Assembly (NCBI RefSeq): GCF_025021925.1
Contig: NZ_CP092368.1
Span: forward strand, 521,559-553,558
DNA: 32,000 bases
Direction: 5' to 3'
From: Candidatus Saccharimonadota bacterium
Lineage (GTDB): Bacteria; Pseudomonadota; Alphaproteobacteria; Rickettsiales; Anaplasmataceae
In this document: piece after piece, positions 1-9,029 of the stretch
Position numbering within the stretch: position 1 is the stretch's first letter
How the letters are laid out: the number at the start of each line of letters is the position of its first letter
The notes under the pieces: generated by a model
What the model saw: only the letters and a program-made list of their open reading frames with translations
The model's database searches: none
What the model was told of the DNA's origin: nothing
Translations under genes and position numbers: made by a program

Positions 1-21
1 TACAATAAGTATATAATTAAT

Positions 22-231
22 ATGAAAAAAATAAAACTAAAAACTAAGTCTTCTGTTAAAAAGCGATTTAAGTTGACAGCTCATGGTAAAGTGATTGCAA
101 CTCAATCAGGCAAAAGACATGGTATGATTAAGAGAAGCAAAGCTAATATTCGCAATCAACGCGGGACAGTAATTCTTGGTAAAGCTGATGCACGTATAGT
201 GAAGCTATATATGCCTTACGGTATTGCATAG
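22..231 (+). CDS. rpmI: 50S ribosomal protein bL35
   Basis: 69-aa very basic ORF ([18 protein letters not shown]...GKRHG) matching the bL35 pattern. It sits directly upstream of rplT, the conserved rpmI-rplT pair. Confidence 0.9.
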   Translation: MKKIKLKTKSSVKKRFKLTAHGKVIATQSGKRHGMIKRSKANIRNQRGTVILGKADARIVKLYMPYGIA

Positions 232-250
232 AAATGGAGGTGAAATATAA

Positions 251-628
251 ATGTCTAGAGTAAAGCGTGGTGTAACTACTCATGCTCGTCATAAAAAGAT
301 ATTGAAATTAGCAAAAGGTTATAAAGGGCGATCAAAAAGTTGTTATAGAATTGCATTGCAAAGAGTAGAAAAAGCATTACAGTATGCTTATAGAGATAGA
401 AGAAATCGCAAGCGGGATTTTCGAAATCTGTGGATTATTCGAATTAATGCTGCAGTGAGAGCTCGTGGTATGATTTACAGTAGATTTATATATGGCCTTA
501 AACTTATGGATCTGTCTATCAATAGAAAAATGCTTGCTGAACTCTCTGTCAATTATCAAGAAAATTTTGATCAGTTATTTAAAATTGTCAGTGATAAACT
601 AATCACAACACAATCACAAGAAAGATAG
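251..628 (+). CDS. rplT: 50S ribosomal protein bL20
   Basis: Canonical bL20 N-terminus [28 protein letters not shown] strong SD, GGAGGTG at 236-242, lies 8 nt upstream of the ATG. Confidence 0.95.
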   Translation: MSRVKRGVTTHARHKKILKLAKGYKGRSKSCYRIALQRVEKALQYAYRDRRNRKRDFRNLWIIRINAAVRARGMIYSRFIYGLKLMDLSINRKMLAELSVNYQENFDQLFKIVSDKLITTQSQER

Positions 629-634
629 TTTATC

Positions 635-1540
635 ATGCGAGTAATCTTTATGGGCACATCGCAGTATGCTATTACTCCTCTGAACTTGCTCTTAAAATCA
701 CAGAGAACAGTATTAGCAATATATACTAAGAAAATAAGCAGTGATTTTCATAGAAAGAAATTGGTAAAATCATCAATTCATGCTATTGCTGATCATCATA
801 AAATTACAGTATATACTCCTACATCTCTCAACGAGATAGACACACAAGAAACATTTATAAAATTGCAACCAGATATTGTCATTGTAGCATCTTATGGCAT
901 CATGATACCACAATCAATTTTAAGCATTCCAAAATATGGATGTATCAACATTCATCCTTCATTACTACCAAGATGGCGCGGACCTGCTCCTATACAAAAT
1001 GTCATCTTATCTGGAGATCAAGAAACAGGAGTCACAATTATACAATTGACTAAAGACTTAGATTCTGGTCCTATCTTAAAACAACAAAAAATTTTCATTG
1101 ATCAACATGATAACTATTCATCCTTACATTCTAGATTATCTGAGTTAGGTGGAAATATATTACTTGAAGTACTAAATCAGATAGAACAACAAGTGCCTGT
1201 GCAACAGGATCATCAGAATGCATGTTATGCAAGTAAGATAGAAGATAATCAAATTTATTCTACTGATGCTTGTCAGCAGGCTTATAGAAAAGTAAAAGCA
1301 TTCTATCCAAAAGCATTTGTCAAAATAAATAATATACGTATTATATTACTTGATGCTGAATATTCTCAGGATACTTCTCATGCGAATTATGGTGCCATTA
1401 TGAATAACAAGATGTATATCAGATTAAAAGGAGGTATCCTAGTGCCTAAAGTTGTACATATGGAAGGAAGAAGACCATGTGAGATTTCGAATTTTCTGCG
1501 TGGATTTAAAATTAATATAATGAATAACGTAATAGATTAA
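635..1540 (+). CDS. fmt: methionyl-tRNA formyltransferase
   Basis: Formyltransferase N-domain with HPSLLPRWRGPAPIQNVIL and ETGVTIIQL motifs; ~300 aa as expected for Fmt. Confidence 0.9.
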   Translation: MRVIFMGTSQYAITPLNLLLKSQRTVLAIYTKKISSDFHRKKLVKSSIHAIADHHKITVYTPTSLNEIDTQETFIKLQPDIVIVASYGIMIPQSILSIPKYGCINIHPSLLPRWRGPAPIQNVILSGDQETGVTIIQLTKDLDSGPILKQQKIFIDQHDNYSSLHSRLSELGGNILLEVLNQIEQQVPVQQDHQNACYASKIEDNQIYSTDACQQAYRKVKAFYPKAFVKINNIRIILLDAEYSQDTSHANYGAIMNNKMYIRLKGGILVPKVVHMEGRRPCEISNFLRGFKINIMNNVID

Positions 1541-1644
1541 AAAATTCATGAAGCATGTATTGATATACTATATACATTTAATGTATTCTATCATTCGTCA
1601 CTTGAAAAATTTCATAGATCCTCATATGATCTGAGAGAGATTTT

Positions 1645-1673
1645 TTGTACACAAGTACAATACCCTTTTTTTT
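1645..1673 (+). terminator. weak hairpin plus T8 tract (possible intrinsic terminator or attenuator between fmt and purH)
   Basis: ttgtac(1645-1650) / acaa loop / gtacaa(1655-1660) forms a perfect 6-bp stem, followed after 5 nt by T8 (1666-1673). The stem is AT-rich and short, so predicted stability is low. Confidence 0.25.
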
Positions 1674-1692
1674 GATATTTAGAAAAAATATA

Positions 1693-3213
1693 ATGAAAAT
1701 CACACGAGCATTACTGTCAGTATATGACAAAACTAATATCATAAAACTTGCATCTTTTTTAGAGCAACAAAGAATAGAGATTCTTGCAACAGGTAGTACA
1801 TATAACTCTCTATTTGCTGCAGGAATAAAAGCACAAGAGATTTCACATTATACACAATCTTCAGAAATGCTAGAAGGACGCATCAAAACACTACATCCTA
1901 AAATTCATAGCGGTATACTTTGTGATAGAAAGAGACATAAAGATGAAATACATACTCTAGGTATCATACCTATTGATCTCATTGTGGTGAATTTATATCC
2001 GTTTTGGGATGAAGTAAATAATCATAGCACTGAAGAAAAAATTATAGATCAAATAGATATTGGTGGTGTGGCATTAATTAGATCTGCAGCAAAAAATTTT
2101 TCTTTTACTTCTGTAATTTCTAGTATTCAGGATTATGATACCATCATTCATGAGATGACAAAAAATGGTAATAAAACTACCTTACAATATAGACAATATT
2201 TAGCAACTAAGGCATTTGCATTAACTGCATATTATGATAGTAATATTTACAACTGGTTTACAGAAAAGAATGTAAGTAACAATTTACCCGAATTTTTTAC
2301 ATTATATGGATATAAAGCACAAGAATTAAGATATGGAGAAAATCCACATCAAAAAGCTGCATTTTATAGTAATAGATTATCTCAATATCCTCTGGAGAAA
2401 GTACATGGCAAAGAATTAAGTTATAATAATATTTTAGATATAGAATCTGCACTAAACATTATCTCTCATTTTAAAGAGCCTTCTGCAGTCATTATAAAGC
2501 ATAATAATCCATGTGGAGTCGCGATAGGTCATAATGCTTTAGACGCATATAAAAAAGCTATATCAATTGATAAAATCAGTAATTTTGGAGGGATTGTTAG
2601 TATTAATAGAGAAATAGATTATGAATTATCTCGCACTCTTAATGAGATCTTTTTAGAAGTAGTAATAGCTCCTTCAATTAATACATATGCACTCGAAATA
2701 TTAAAAGGCAAAAAAAACCTGAGAATTATTATTTATCAATCTATTCAACAAAATAAGATATATCATGCTAAAAATGTAACAGGAGGGTTTTTAGTACAAC
2801 AAGTTAATCACCATATTATTACTCCACAAGAACTCATACAAGTAACAGAGCATTCTATTACAAAAGAAGAAATGACAGATCTAATCTTTGCATGGCATGT
2901 TTGTATACATGTAAAATCCAATGCAATAGTAATAGCAAAAAATGGTTGCGCTATTGGTATAGGTGCAGGACAAACAAGTAGAATAGAGAGTGTAAAGATT
3001 GCATTACAGAAGGCAGGTACTCAATGTACAGGCGCCTTTCTTGCTTCAGATGCCTTTTTACCATTTACAGATAGTATAATAGAAATGAAAAAGAAGAATA
3101 TTAAAGCTATTATTCAACCTGGTGGTTCTTTACAGGATAAAGAAATTATAGAATACGCAAATAAAAATAATATTGCTATGTTTTTTACTGGCATAAGAAG
3201 TTTTTACCATTAA
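1693..3213 (+). CDS. purH: bifunctional AICAR transformylase / IMP cyclohydrolase
   Basis: ALLSVYDKT and KTLHPKIHSGIL (IMPCH/MGS-like domain); YGENPHQKAAFY, KHNNPCGVAIG and IIQPGGSLQD (AICARFT domain). The ORF track starts at TTG 1645; I prefer ATG 1693 (MKITRALLSVYDK) because it matches the family N-terminus. Confidence 0.92.
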   Translation: MKITRALLSVYDKTNIIKLASFLEQQRIEILATGSTYNSLFAAGIKAQEISHYTQSSEMLEGRIKTLHPKIHSGILCDRKRHKDEIHTLGIIPIDLIVVNLYPFWDEVNNHSTEEKIIDQIDIGGVALIRSAAKNFSFTSVISSIQDYDTIIHEMTKNGNKTTLQYRQYLATKAFALTAYYDSNIYNWFTEKNVSNNLPEFFTLYGYKAQELRYGENPHQKAAFYSNRLSQYPLEKVHGKELSYNNILDIESALNIISHFKEPSAVIIKHNNPCGVAIGHNALDAYKKAISIDKISNFGGIVSINREIDYELSRTLNEIFLEVVIAPSINTYALEILKGKKNLRIIIYQSIQQNKIYHAKNVTGGFLVQQVNHHIITPQELIQVTEHSITKEEMTDLIFAWHVCIHVKSNAIVIAKNGCAIGIGAGQTSRIESVKIALQKAGTQCTGAFLASDAFLPFTDSIIEMKKKNIKAIIQPGGSLQDKEIIEYANKNNIAMFFTGIRSFYH

Positions 3214-3238
3214 AGTTTTTTGATCTATTATATGATAT

Positions 3239-3255
3239 TGTAATTGAAAATTACA
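3239..3255 (+). other. small perfect hairpin 26 nt after the purH stop
   Basis: tgtaatt / gaa / aattaca gives a 7-bp stem and 3-nt loop. No U-tract follows, so it is not a canonical terminator. Confidence 0.2.
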
Positions 3256-3268
3256 GAATGAAAAATAC

Positions 3269-3298
3269 TTGTACAAGCAATATTCAATATGATAAAAT
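3269..3298 (+). promoter_or_regulatory. candidate sigma70-like promoter for tRNA-Asn
   Basis: TTGTAC (3269-3274), 18-nt spacer, TAAAAT (3293-3298); the -10 ends 13 nt before the mature tRNA 5' end. Such hexamers are common by chance in AT-rich DNA. Confidence 0.2.
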
Positions 3299-3311
3299 AG
3301 GATCATTTTAT

Positions 3312-3383
3312 TCCTCGGTAGCTCAGTGGTAGAGCAGTTGGCTGTTAACCAATTGGTCGCTGGTTCGAATCCGGCCCGGGGAG
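3312..3383 (+). tRNA. tRNA-Asn (anticodon GTT)
   Basis: Hand-folded 72-nt cloverleaf. Acceptor TCCTCGG/CCGGGGA (one G-U), D arm GCTC-AGTGGTA-GAGC, anticodon arm GTTGG-CTGTTAA-CCAAT, variable TGGTC, T arm GCTGG-TTCGAAT-CCGGC, discriminator G. No encoded CCA. Confidence 0.93.
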
Positions 3384-3408
3384 CTTCTCTTTCTTTATAA
3401 CAAATTAT

Positions 3409-4971
3409 ATGCATGTCAAATCAATCGTATTATGTATATTAGATGGATGGGGAAATGGTATCATGAATAATATATATAATCCGATAAGCAGTGCTTATTT
3501 ACCTTGTTGGAATTATATTAACTCTTATTATCCAAAATGTAATTTATTAGCTTCTGGACTAGCAGTTGGGCTACCAAAAAACCAGATTGGTAATTCAGAA
3601 GTAGGTCATATGAATATCGGAAGTGGAAGAGTGCTAATGCAAAGTCTAGAACGTATTAATCAAAAAATTAACATTATAGATAATAATATTAATTTACAAC
3701 GCTTTATTCATAATATCAAAAATAAAAATGGTATATGTCATCTTTTAGGATTAATATCAAGTGGTGGAGTGCACTCACATCATAAGCATATTGCTATATT
3801 AGCAAATAAAATTGCACAACATGGTATCAAAGTTATGATACATGCTTTTTTAGATGGAAGAGATACACCTCCTAATTCAGGAAAAGAGTATCTTCAAGAT
3901 TTTATATATCAAGTAAAGGATCAAGATATTAGAATTGCTACTATTTCTGGACGTTATTATGCAATGGATAGAGATAATAGATGGGAAAGAACTAGGAAAA
4001 CATATAAGGCAATTGTATTTGCACAGGGAAGATCTTATAAAGATGTTATGCTATTACTTGATAGTAACTATCATAATAATATAGGTGATGAGTTTATTCA
4101 TCCATCAATCATAGGAGATTATAATGGCATTGAAGAGGAAGATGGTATTTTATTTGCTAACTTTCGTGCTGATAGAATGATGCAACTTGCAAGCATGCTA
4201 TTAAAGAAACAAGATACTAGAATGTATAATAATTTAACGGATCTTAAAACAAATATATTAAATAAACATGCTAATAGCCTTCAGTTTCTGAGTATGACAC
4301 AGTATAAAAAAGGATTGCAAATGCCATATCTTTTTTCTCCTATATCATGTTTTAATTCTTTAGGACAAGTCATATCAAGAAACAAACTTAGGCAATTACG
4401 TATTGCTGAAACTGAAAAATATGCTCATGTTACCTATTTTTTTAATTGTGGGCAGGAAGATCCATTTTTAGGAGAAGAAAGAATTCTGATTGCTTCACCA
4501 AAAGTCAAAACTTATGATTTACAACCTGAAATGTCTGTATTTGAATTGACAAAACATCTGATTATAAAAATTCGTTCTCAAGAATTTTCATTGATAGTAG
4601 TAAATTTTGCTAATCCTGATATGGTGGGACATACAGGTAAAATAATAGCTGCTCAGAAAGCACTAGAAGCAGTAGATATATGTATAAAAAAAGTGTTGAA
4701 TGCTACTCAAGAAGTACAGGATACTGCACTAATTGTTACATCAGATCATGGTAATATTGAATGTATGTTTGATGAAATAAATAATACATCTCATACAGCT
4801 CACACTTTAAATACAGTACCATTTATTATATGCTATGATGCATATCATAATATGAATTTAAAAGATGGTAAATTATCTGATATTGCGCCTACTATTCTAC
4901 AATTGCTGAAAATTCCACAACCATCTGAGATGACTGGTATGTCATTACTGATGACTGATTCTATCATATAA
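3409..4971 (+). CDS. gpmI: 2,3-bisphosphoglycerate-independent phosphoglycerate mutase
   Basis: [43 protein letters not shown] and TSDHGN motifs of iPGM; ~520 aa. Confidence 0.93.
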   Translation: MHVKSIVLCILDGWGNGIMNNIYNPISSAYLPCWNYINSYYPKCNLLASGLAVGLPKNQIGNSEVGHMNIGSGRVLMQSLERINQKINIIDNNINLQRFIHNIKNKNGICHLLGLISSGGVHSHHKHIAILANKIAQHGIKVMIHAFLDGRDTPPNSGKEYLQDFIYQVKDQDIRIATISGRYYAMDRDNRWERTRKTYKAIVFAQGRSYKDVMLLLDSNYHNNIGDEFIHPSIIGDYNGIEEEDGILFANFRADRMMQLASMLLKKQDTRMYNNLTDLKTNILNKHANSLQFLSMTQYKKGLQMPYLFSPISCFNSLGQVISRNKLRQLRIAETEKYAHVTYFFNCGQEDPFLGEERILIASPKVKTYDLQPEMSVFELTKHLIIKIRSQEFSLIVVNFANPDMVGHTGKIIAAQKALEAVDICIKKVLNATQEVQDTALIVTSDHGNIECMFDEINNTSHTAHTLNTVPFIICYDAYHNMNLKDGKLSDIAPTILQLLKIPQPSEMTGMSLLMTDSII

Positions 4972-5920
4972 TGAGTTCATTAAAGAAATCTTTCATGTCA
5001 TTAACATTCTCTATGTTAATAGTTTTGATTGATGAATCAATTCTTTTTACTAAATGTGATAAAACTCTCTTAGGACCAATTTCAACCAATGTATTAATTC
5101 CATGATTCTTCATATATATTACCATTTCTCTCCATCTCACTCTGCTGAGAATTTGTTTTGCAAGTAGTACTTTTAAAGTATGTGGATCATTTTCTGCTTG
5201 AGCAGTCACATTTGATATACACGGTACTATAGGACTTGATATTTTAATATCATGTAAATATTCTAAAATTGTATTATCTGCAGGTTTCATTAAAGATGAA
5301 TGAAATGGTCCACTAACTTGTAATTTAATTAATTTTTTGATACTAATTTCTCTCAAAATATCAGGTAGTTTATGAAGATTTTCTATAGTGCCACTGATTA
5401 CTACTTGTCCTGCACCATTGTCATTTGATATTTCATATAAAATACCATTCATATTTTCCAATTTCAATATTTGTTCTATTTTTTCTATTGCTACTCCTAA
5501 TAATGCTATCATACCACCTTGCGCTTTTGCAGAAGCTTCTGACATAGCTATACTACGCACTTGTAATAATTTAACCGTATCTTCAAGTGTTAAAGCTCCC
5601 GAAGCGCATAGCGCTGTATATTCTCCAACTGAGTGACCACAGACATACTTGATATTAAAATTAGAAAATAATGATCTTCCATAAATATATTCCATAGTTC
5701 TGAACATTGCTATTGATACTACCATAATAGCTGGTTGCGCATTTTCCGTATTAGTTAATTCTTGAAGAGAGCTATGAAAAATGATATTAGATAATTTGCG
5801 ATTTAGAATATTATCTACTTCATCAAAGACTTGTCTCGCAATAGGAAATTCTGTATATAAGCTTTGTCCCATACCTATAAACTGTGAACCCTGACCTGGA
5901 AATGCAAAAATAATCATCAT
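4964..5920 (-). CDS. fabD: malonyl-CoA:ACP transacylase
   Basis: [13 protein letters not shown]-terminus and active-site [10 protein letters not shown]. The 3' end overlaps the gpmI 3' end by 8 bp (convergent). Confidence 0.92.
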   Translation of the reverse strand: MMIIFAFPGQGSQFIGMGQSLYTEFPIARQVFDEVDNILNRKLSNIIFHSSLQELTNTENAQPAIMVVSIAMFRTMEYIYGRSLFSNFNIKYVCGHSVGEYTALCASGALTLEDTVKLLQVRSIAMSEASAKAQGGMIALLGVAIEKIEQILKLENMNGILYEISNDNGAGQVVISGTIENLHKLPDILREISIKKLIKLQVSGPFHSSLMKPADNTILEYLHDIKISSPIVPCISNVTAQAENDPHTLKVLLAKQILSRVRWREMVIYMKNHGINTLVEIGPKRVLSHLVKRIDSSIKTINIENVNDMKDFFNELII

Positions 5921-5985
5921 TTATTTTGTATGTAATTAAATATACTGTTTTATTTATCTTTGTCATTATCCATTAAAATAATTTG

Positions 5986-6014
5986 TTGACTTTATGAAGC
6001 AAATTTACAAGAAT
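5986..6014 (+). promoter_or_regulatory. candidate sigma70-like promoter for rpmE
   Basis: TTGACT (5986-5991), 17-nt spacer, AAGAAT (6009-6014); an AAGGA SD-like element at 6026-6030 precedes ATG 6041. Lies in the 120-bp fabD/rpmE divergent spacer. Confidence 0.25.
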
Positions 6015-6040
6015 ATTAATTCATCAAGGACTAAAAAAAC

Positions 6041-6259
6041 ATGATCAAAGCAGTAATCAGTTACCATAAAGTCATTATAGTAATGACTAATGGACAAGAA
6101 TTTGAGACACGTTCTACTTATGGTACAGAAGGAAATCGAATAAAACTTGATAGAGATCCATTAACACATCCTGCATGGACGAAAACATTGACAAGTGGGT
6201 CATTGAGCAAAGCTAGTAAGCTCGCTAAATTTAATAATAAATATGGAGACATATTTTAA
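6041..6259 (+). CDS. rpmE: 50S ribosomal protein bL31 (Cys-less form)
   Basis: VMTNGQEFETRSTYGTEGNRIKLDRDPLTHPAWT matches alphaproteobacterial bL31. It has no CxxC zinc motif. Confidence 0.88.
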   Translation: MIKAVISYHKVIIVMTNGQEFETRSTYGTEGNRIKLDRDPLTHPAWTKTLTSGSLSKASKLAKFNNKYGDIF

Positions 6260-6290
6260 TATTTTCTATTTATCTTATATATGATGAAAG

Positions 6291-7085
6291 ATGCATAAGT
6301 ATCAGAATATAGGATATATTGCTTCTCATCTCCCAAAATCACGAAGAATTTCTCAATTATTAGAACAATTGAATTTTATTAATGTGAAACAAGATAATAG
6401 ATCTAAAGTCGATTTATTAATTGTTGTAGGAGGTGATGGCTTTATGTTACGTACCTTACATAATTATATTATTAAACATAGACACACACACATATATGGC
6501 ATTAATACTGGTAACGTTGGATTCTTAATGAATAAATGTGTCGATCGCTGTGAAGAACTGATCAATCATATTAAATATGCCACTTCAACACAATTAACAT
6601 TACTAAAGATGGAGATATCAGATATAAATGGTAATAGTTGTCAATATATAGCAGTCAATGAAGTATATATTTTTAGAAAAACAAATCAAATAGTAGAAAT
6701 GAATATCACTATCAATAGTAAACTAAAATTAGAAAAATTGAGAGGTGATGGTATCATTCTCTCTACTCCAACAGGTAGTACAGCATACAATTTTTCTGCA
6801 GGTGGTCCTATATTACCATTAAATTCAAATTTACTTGCGCTAACTTCTATTAATAGTTATTATCCACGACATTGGAATGGAGCTCTTATACCAAATGATA
6901 AAATAGTGCAAATTGACATTCATGATACAAAAAAACGTCCAGTACTTGTAGTCTCAGATTATAAAGAGTTTCATAATATATCACAGATTAAAATACAAAA
7001 AGATCATGAGAGTACAATGACTCTTCTTTTTAATAAGGACTATTCTCTAAATGAACGCATAATTGATAGACAATTTTTGTATTAA
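6291..7085 (+). CDS. nadK: NAD kinase
   Basis: VVGGDGFMLR (GGDG) and STPTGSTAYNFSAGGPILP motifs diagnostic of NAD kinase. Confidence 0.9.
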   Translation: MHKYQNIGYIASHLPKSRRISQLLEQLNFINVKQDNRSKVDLLIVVGGDGFMLRTLHNYIIKHRHTHIYGINTGNVGFLMNKCVDRCEELINHIKYATSTQLTLLKMEISDINGNSCQYIAVNEVYIFRKTNQIVEMNITINSKLKLEKLRGDGIILSTPTGSTAYNFSAGGPILPLNSNLLALTSINSYYPRHWNGALIPNDKIVQIDIHDTKKRPVLVVSDYKEFHNISQIKIQKDHESTMTLLFNKDYSLNERIIDRQFLY

Positions 7086-7101
7086 TAATATCCTATGTGC
7101 T

Positions 7102-8115
7102 TTAAAGAGAGAATTGATTATTATGATTTACAATATGATGTACAGCTGATATGATATCTTCTACTTGTGGTAAAGCTTTTTTCTCTAGATTTGAAGCATA
7201 AGGTAAAGGAATATCCTGTCCAGTTACTCGTATCACCGGTGCATCTAGATAATCAAATCCTTGTTCCATAGCAATAGTAGAAATTTCTGTTCCTATACCT
7301 GCAAAAGGCCATCCATCTTCTACACTTACTAATCTATTAGTCTTCTTAAGAGAATTAATAATAGTGTCAGAGTCAAGAGGTCTTAAAGTTCTTAAATCAA
7401 TTACTTCGGCATCTATTCCATCATTCTGGTATAGCAAATCTGCTGCATGTAAAGTATGACTGATTTTTAAAGAAAATGCAGTAATAGTGACATCCTTTCC
7501 TTTGCGAATCACAGATGCTTTCCCTATATCAATTAAAAAATCCTTATTCCTCATCTGAGATTCAGGTACTTCATGTTCATGGCTATACGCTATTTCATTT
7601 TCTAAAAAAATGACCGGATTTGGATCACGAATCGCTGATTTGAGCAAGCCTCTACAATCAGAAGCAAAATAAGGTGCTATGACTTTGAGCCCAGGTATAT
7701 GTGCATACCAAGAAGCAAAACATTGCGAATGTTGTGCAGCAACTCTAGATGATGCGCCATTTGGTCCGCGAAATACTATTGAGCATCCCAATTGTCCACC
7801 TGACATATAATGAATTTTCGCTGCAGAATTTACAATTTGATCAATGGCTTGCATAGAGAAATTAAAAGTCATAAACTCAACAATTGGTTTTAAGCCAGCA
7901 AAAGATGCGCCTATAGCAAGGCCTGTAAGGCCGTGTTCAGTAATTGGTGAATCGATAATTCTATCGCATCCGAACTCTTTTAAGAGTCCTTTTGTAACTT
8001 TATAAGCACCATTATATTCTCCAATTTCTTGTCCTATTATAAATATATTAGGATCATTCTGCATTTCTTCTCTAAGTGCTATACATAGAGCCTCTCTCAC
8101 ACTTAAGAATGCCAT
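7102..8115 (-). CDS. pdhB: pyruvate dehydrogenase E1 component, beta subunit
   Basis: [49 protein letters not shown] is the typical E1-beta N-terminus. The ORF track extends to ATG 8199 (28 extra codons with no family counterpart), so I use ATG 8115. Confidence 0.9.
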   Translation of the reverse strand: MAFLSVREALCIALREEMQNDPNIFIIGQEIGEYNGAYKVTKGLLKEFGCDRIIDSPITEHGLTGLAIGASFAGLKPIVEFMTFNFSMQAIDQIVNSAAKIHYMSGGQLGCSIVFRGPNGASSRVAAQHSQCFASWYAHIPGLKVIAPYFASDCRGLLKSAIRDPNPVIFLENEIAYSHEHEVPESQMRNKDFLIDIGKASVIRKGKDVTITAFSLKISHTLHAADLLYQNDGIDAEVIDLRTLRPLDSDTIINSLKKTNRLVSVEDGWPFAGIGTEISTIAMEQGFDYLDAPVIRVTGQDIPLPYASNLEKKALPQVEDIISAVHHIVNHNNQFSL

Positions 8116-8129
8116 TTTTACTAAAATAA

Positions 8130-8152
8130 TATAGTTTTCTAATAAAACTATA
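8130..8152 (-). other. perfect 9-bp hairpin in the tatC-pdhB spacer / pdhB leader
   Basis: tatagtttt / ctaat / aaaactata (9-bp stem, 5-nt loop, only one G-C pair), 15-37 nt upstream of pdhB ATG 8115. On the minus strand it is followed by ttatttta. Confidence 0.2.
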
Positions 8153-8264
8153 CCAGAATTATAAATAATAAGTAAAGTAAAATTCCTGAATCTTAGCATT
8201 CATGATATTACCTTTTAGGTAGTAGGTATTTTAACCATAATTCTTCTCTCTCATGAAGTTTCAT

Positions 8265-9029
8265 CTATTTCTTTTGTTCAATATACTTACATATTAAAAT
8301 AGAAAGTTCATATAACATTAACATTGGTATTGCAAGTCCTATTTGACTTACAACATCAGGTGGTGTTAAAATAGCAGCAATAATAAAAATTATTACTATC
8401 GCAATTCTACGTTTACTAGATAAATGATGCGCACTTAAAAATCCTACTTTCACCATAAGCGTAAGAATCACAGGTATTTGAAATGCGGTACCAAATGCAA
8501 ACATAAATTGTAATACAAGATCTAAATATTCACTTACTGATGGCATAAATTCTATAGGTATTCCAAAAGATTGACCGCTGTGTTCAAATGCAATAAAAAA
8601 TTTCCATGCTAACGGCAAGATATAGTAATATACTACAGTCGCTCCTATCGCAAATAGTAGAGGAGTTGCAATTAAATATGGTAATAAAGCTTCTTTCTCA
8701 CTTTTATATAAGCCAGGAGCTAAAAACATATAGAATTGCCATGCAAAAACAGGACAAGAAAATAATAATGCACTTGTTATTGCCACTCTGAGATACACAA
8801 AAAATGCTTCTGTTAAATCTGTGTAAATGAGAGAAAAATCGTTGCTATTTTTTGTGACTGCTATTAAAGGAGCAAGTAAAAAATAATATATATATTCTTT
8901 AAAGAAATAACATATACTAAAAGTGATACAAAAAAATAAAAAACAGAATATGACTCTTCTTCTTAATTCTGCAAAATGTTCATAAAAGGATGAATATAAT
9001 GAAGAATATCTATCTAACTTATTATTCAT
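8265..9029 (-). CDS. tatC: twin-arginine translocase subunit TatC
   Basis: N-terminal HFAELRRRVIF motif and a multi-spanning hydrophobic profile typical of TatC, ~250 aa. The start overlaps the gap stop (ATGA). Confidence 0.9.
   Translation of the reverse strand: MNNKLDRYSSLYSSFYEHFAELRRRVIFCFLFFCITFSICYFFKEYIYYFLLAPLIAVTKNSNDFSLIYTDLTEAFFVYLRVAITSALLFSCPVFAWQFYMFLAPGLYKSEKEALLPYLIATPLLFAIGATVVYYYILPLAWKFFIAFEHSGQSFGIPIEFMPSVSEYLDLVLQFMFAFGTAFQIPVILTLMVKVGFLSAHHLSSKRRIAIVIIFIIAAILTPPDVVSQIGLAIPMLMLYELSILICKYIEQKK

Noticed and set aside
1645-3277. Shared TTGTAC/GTACAA half-sites upstream of purH (1645-1660) and tRNA-Asn (cttgtacaag, 3268-3277), considered as a possible common operator
   Set aside because: The same octamer TTGTACAA also occurs inside the rpoA (19204-19211) and rplV (28708-28715) coding sequence. 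My rough base-composition estimate gives about 1-2 chance occurrences in 32 kb, so 3-4 is not convincing enrichment.
3130-3414. 94-aa minus-strand ORF spanning the purH 3' end, the spacer and the gpmI start
   Set aside because: It runs antisense straight through the well-folded tRNA-Asn (its ELPRN...[12 protein letters not shown] segment is just the tRNA read backwards) and overlaps two strongly supported genes. It is a classic spurious ORF.
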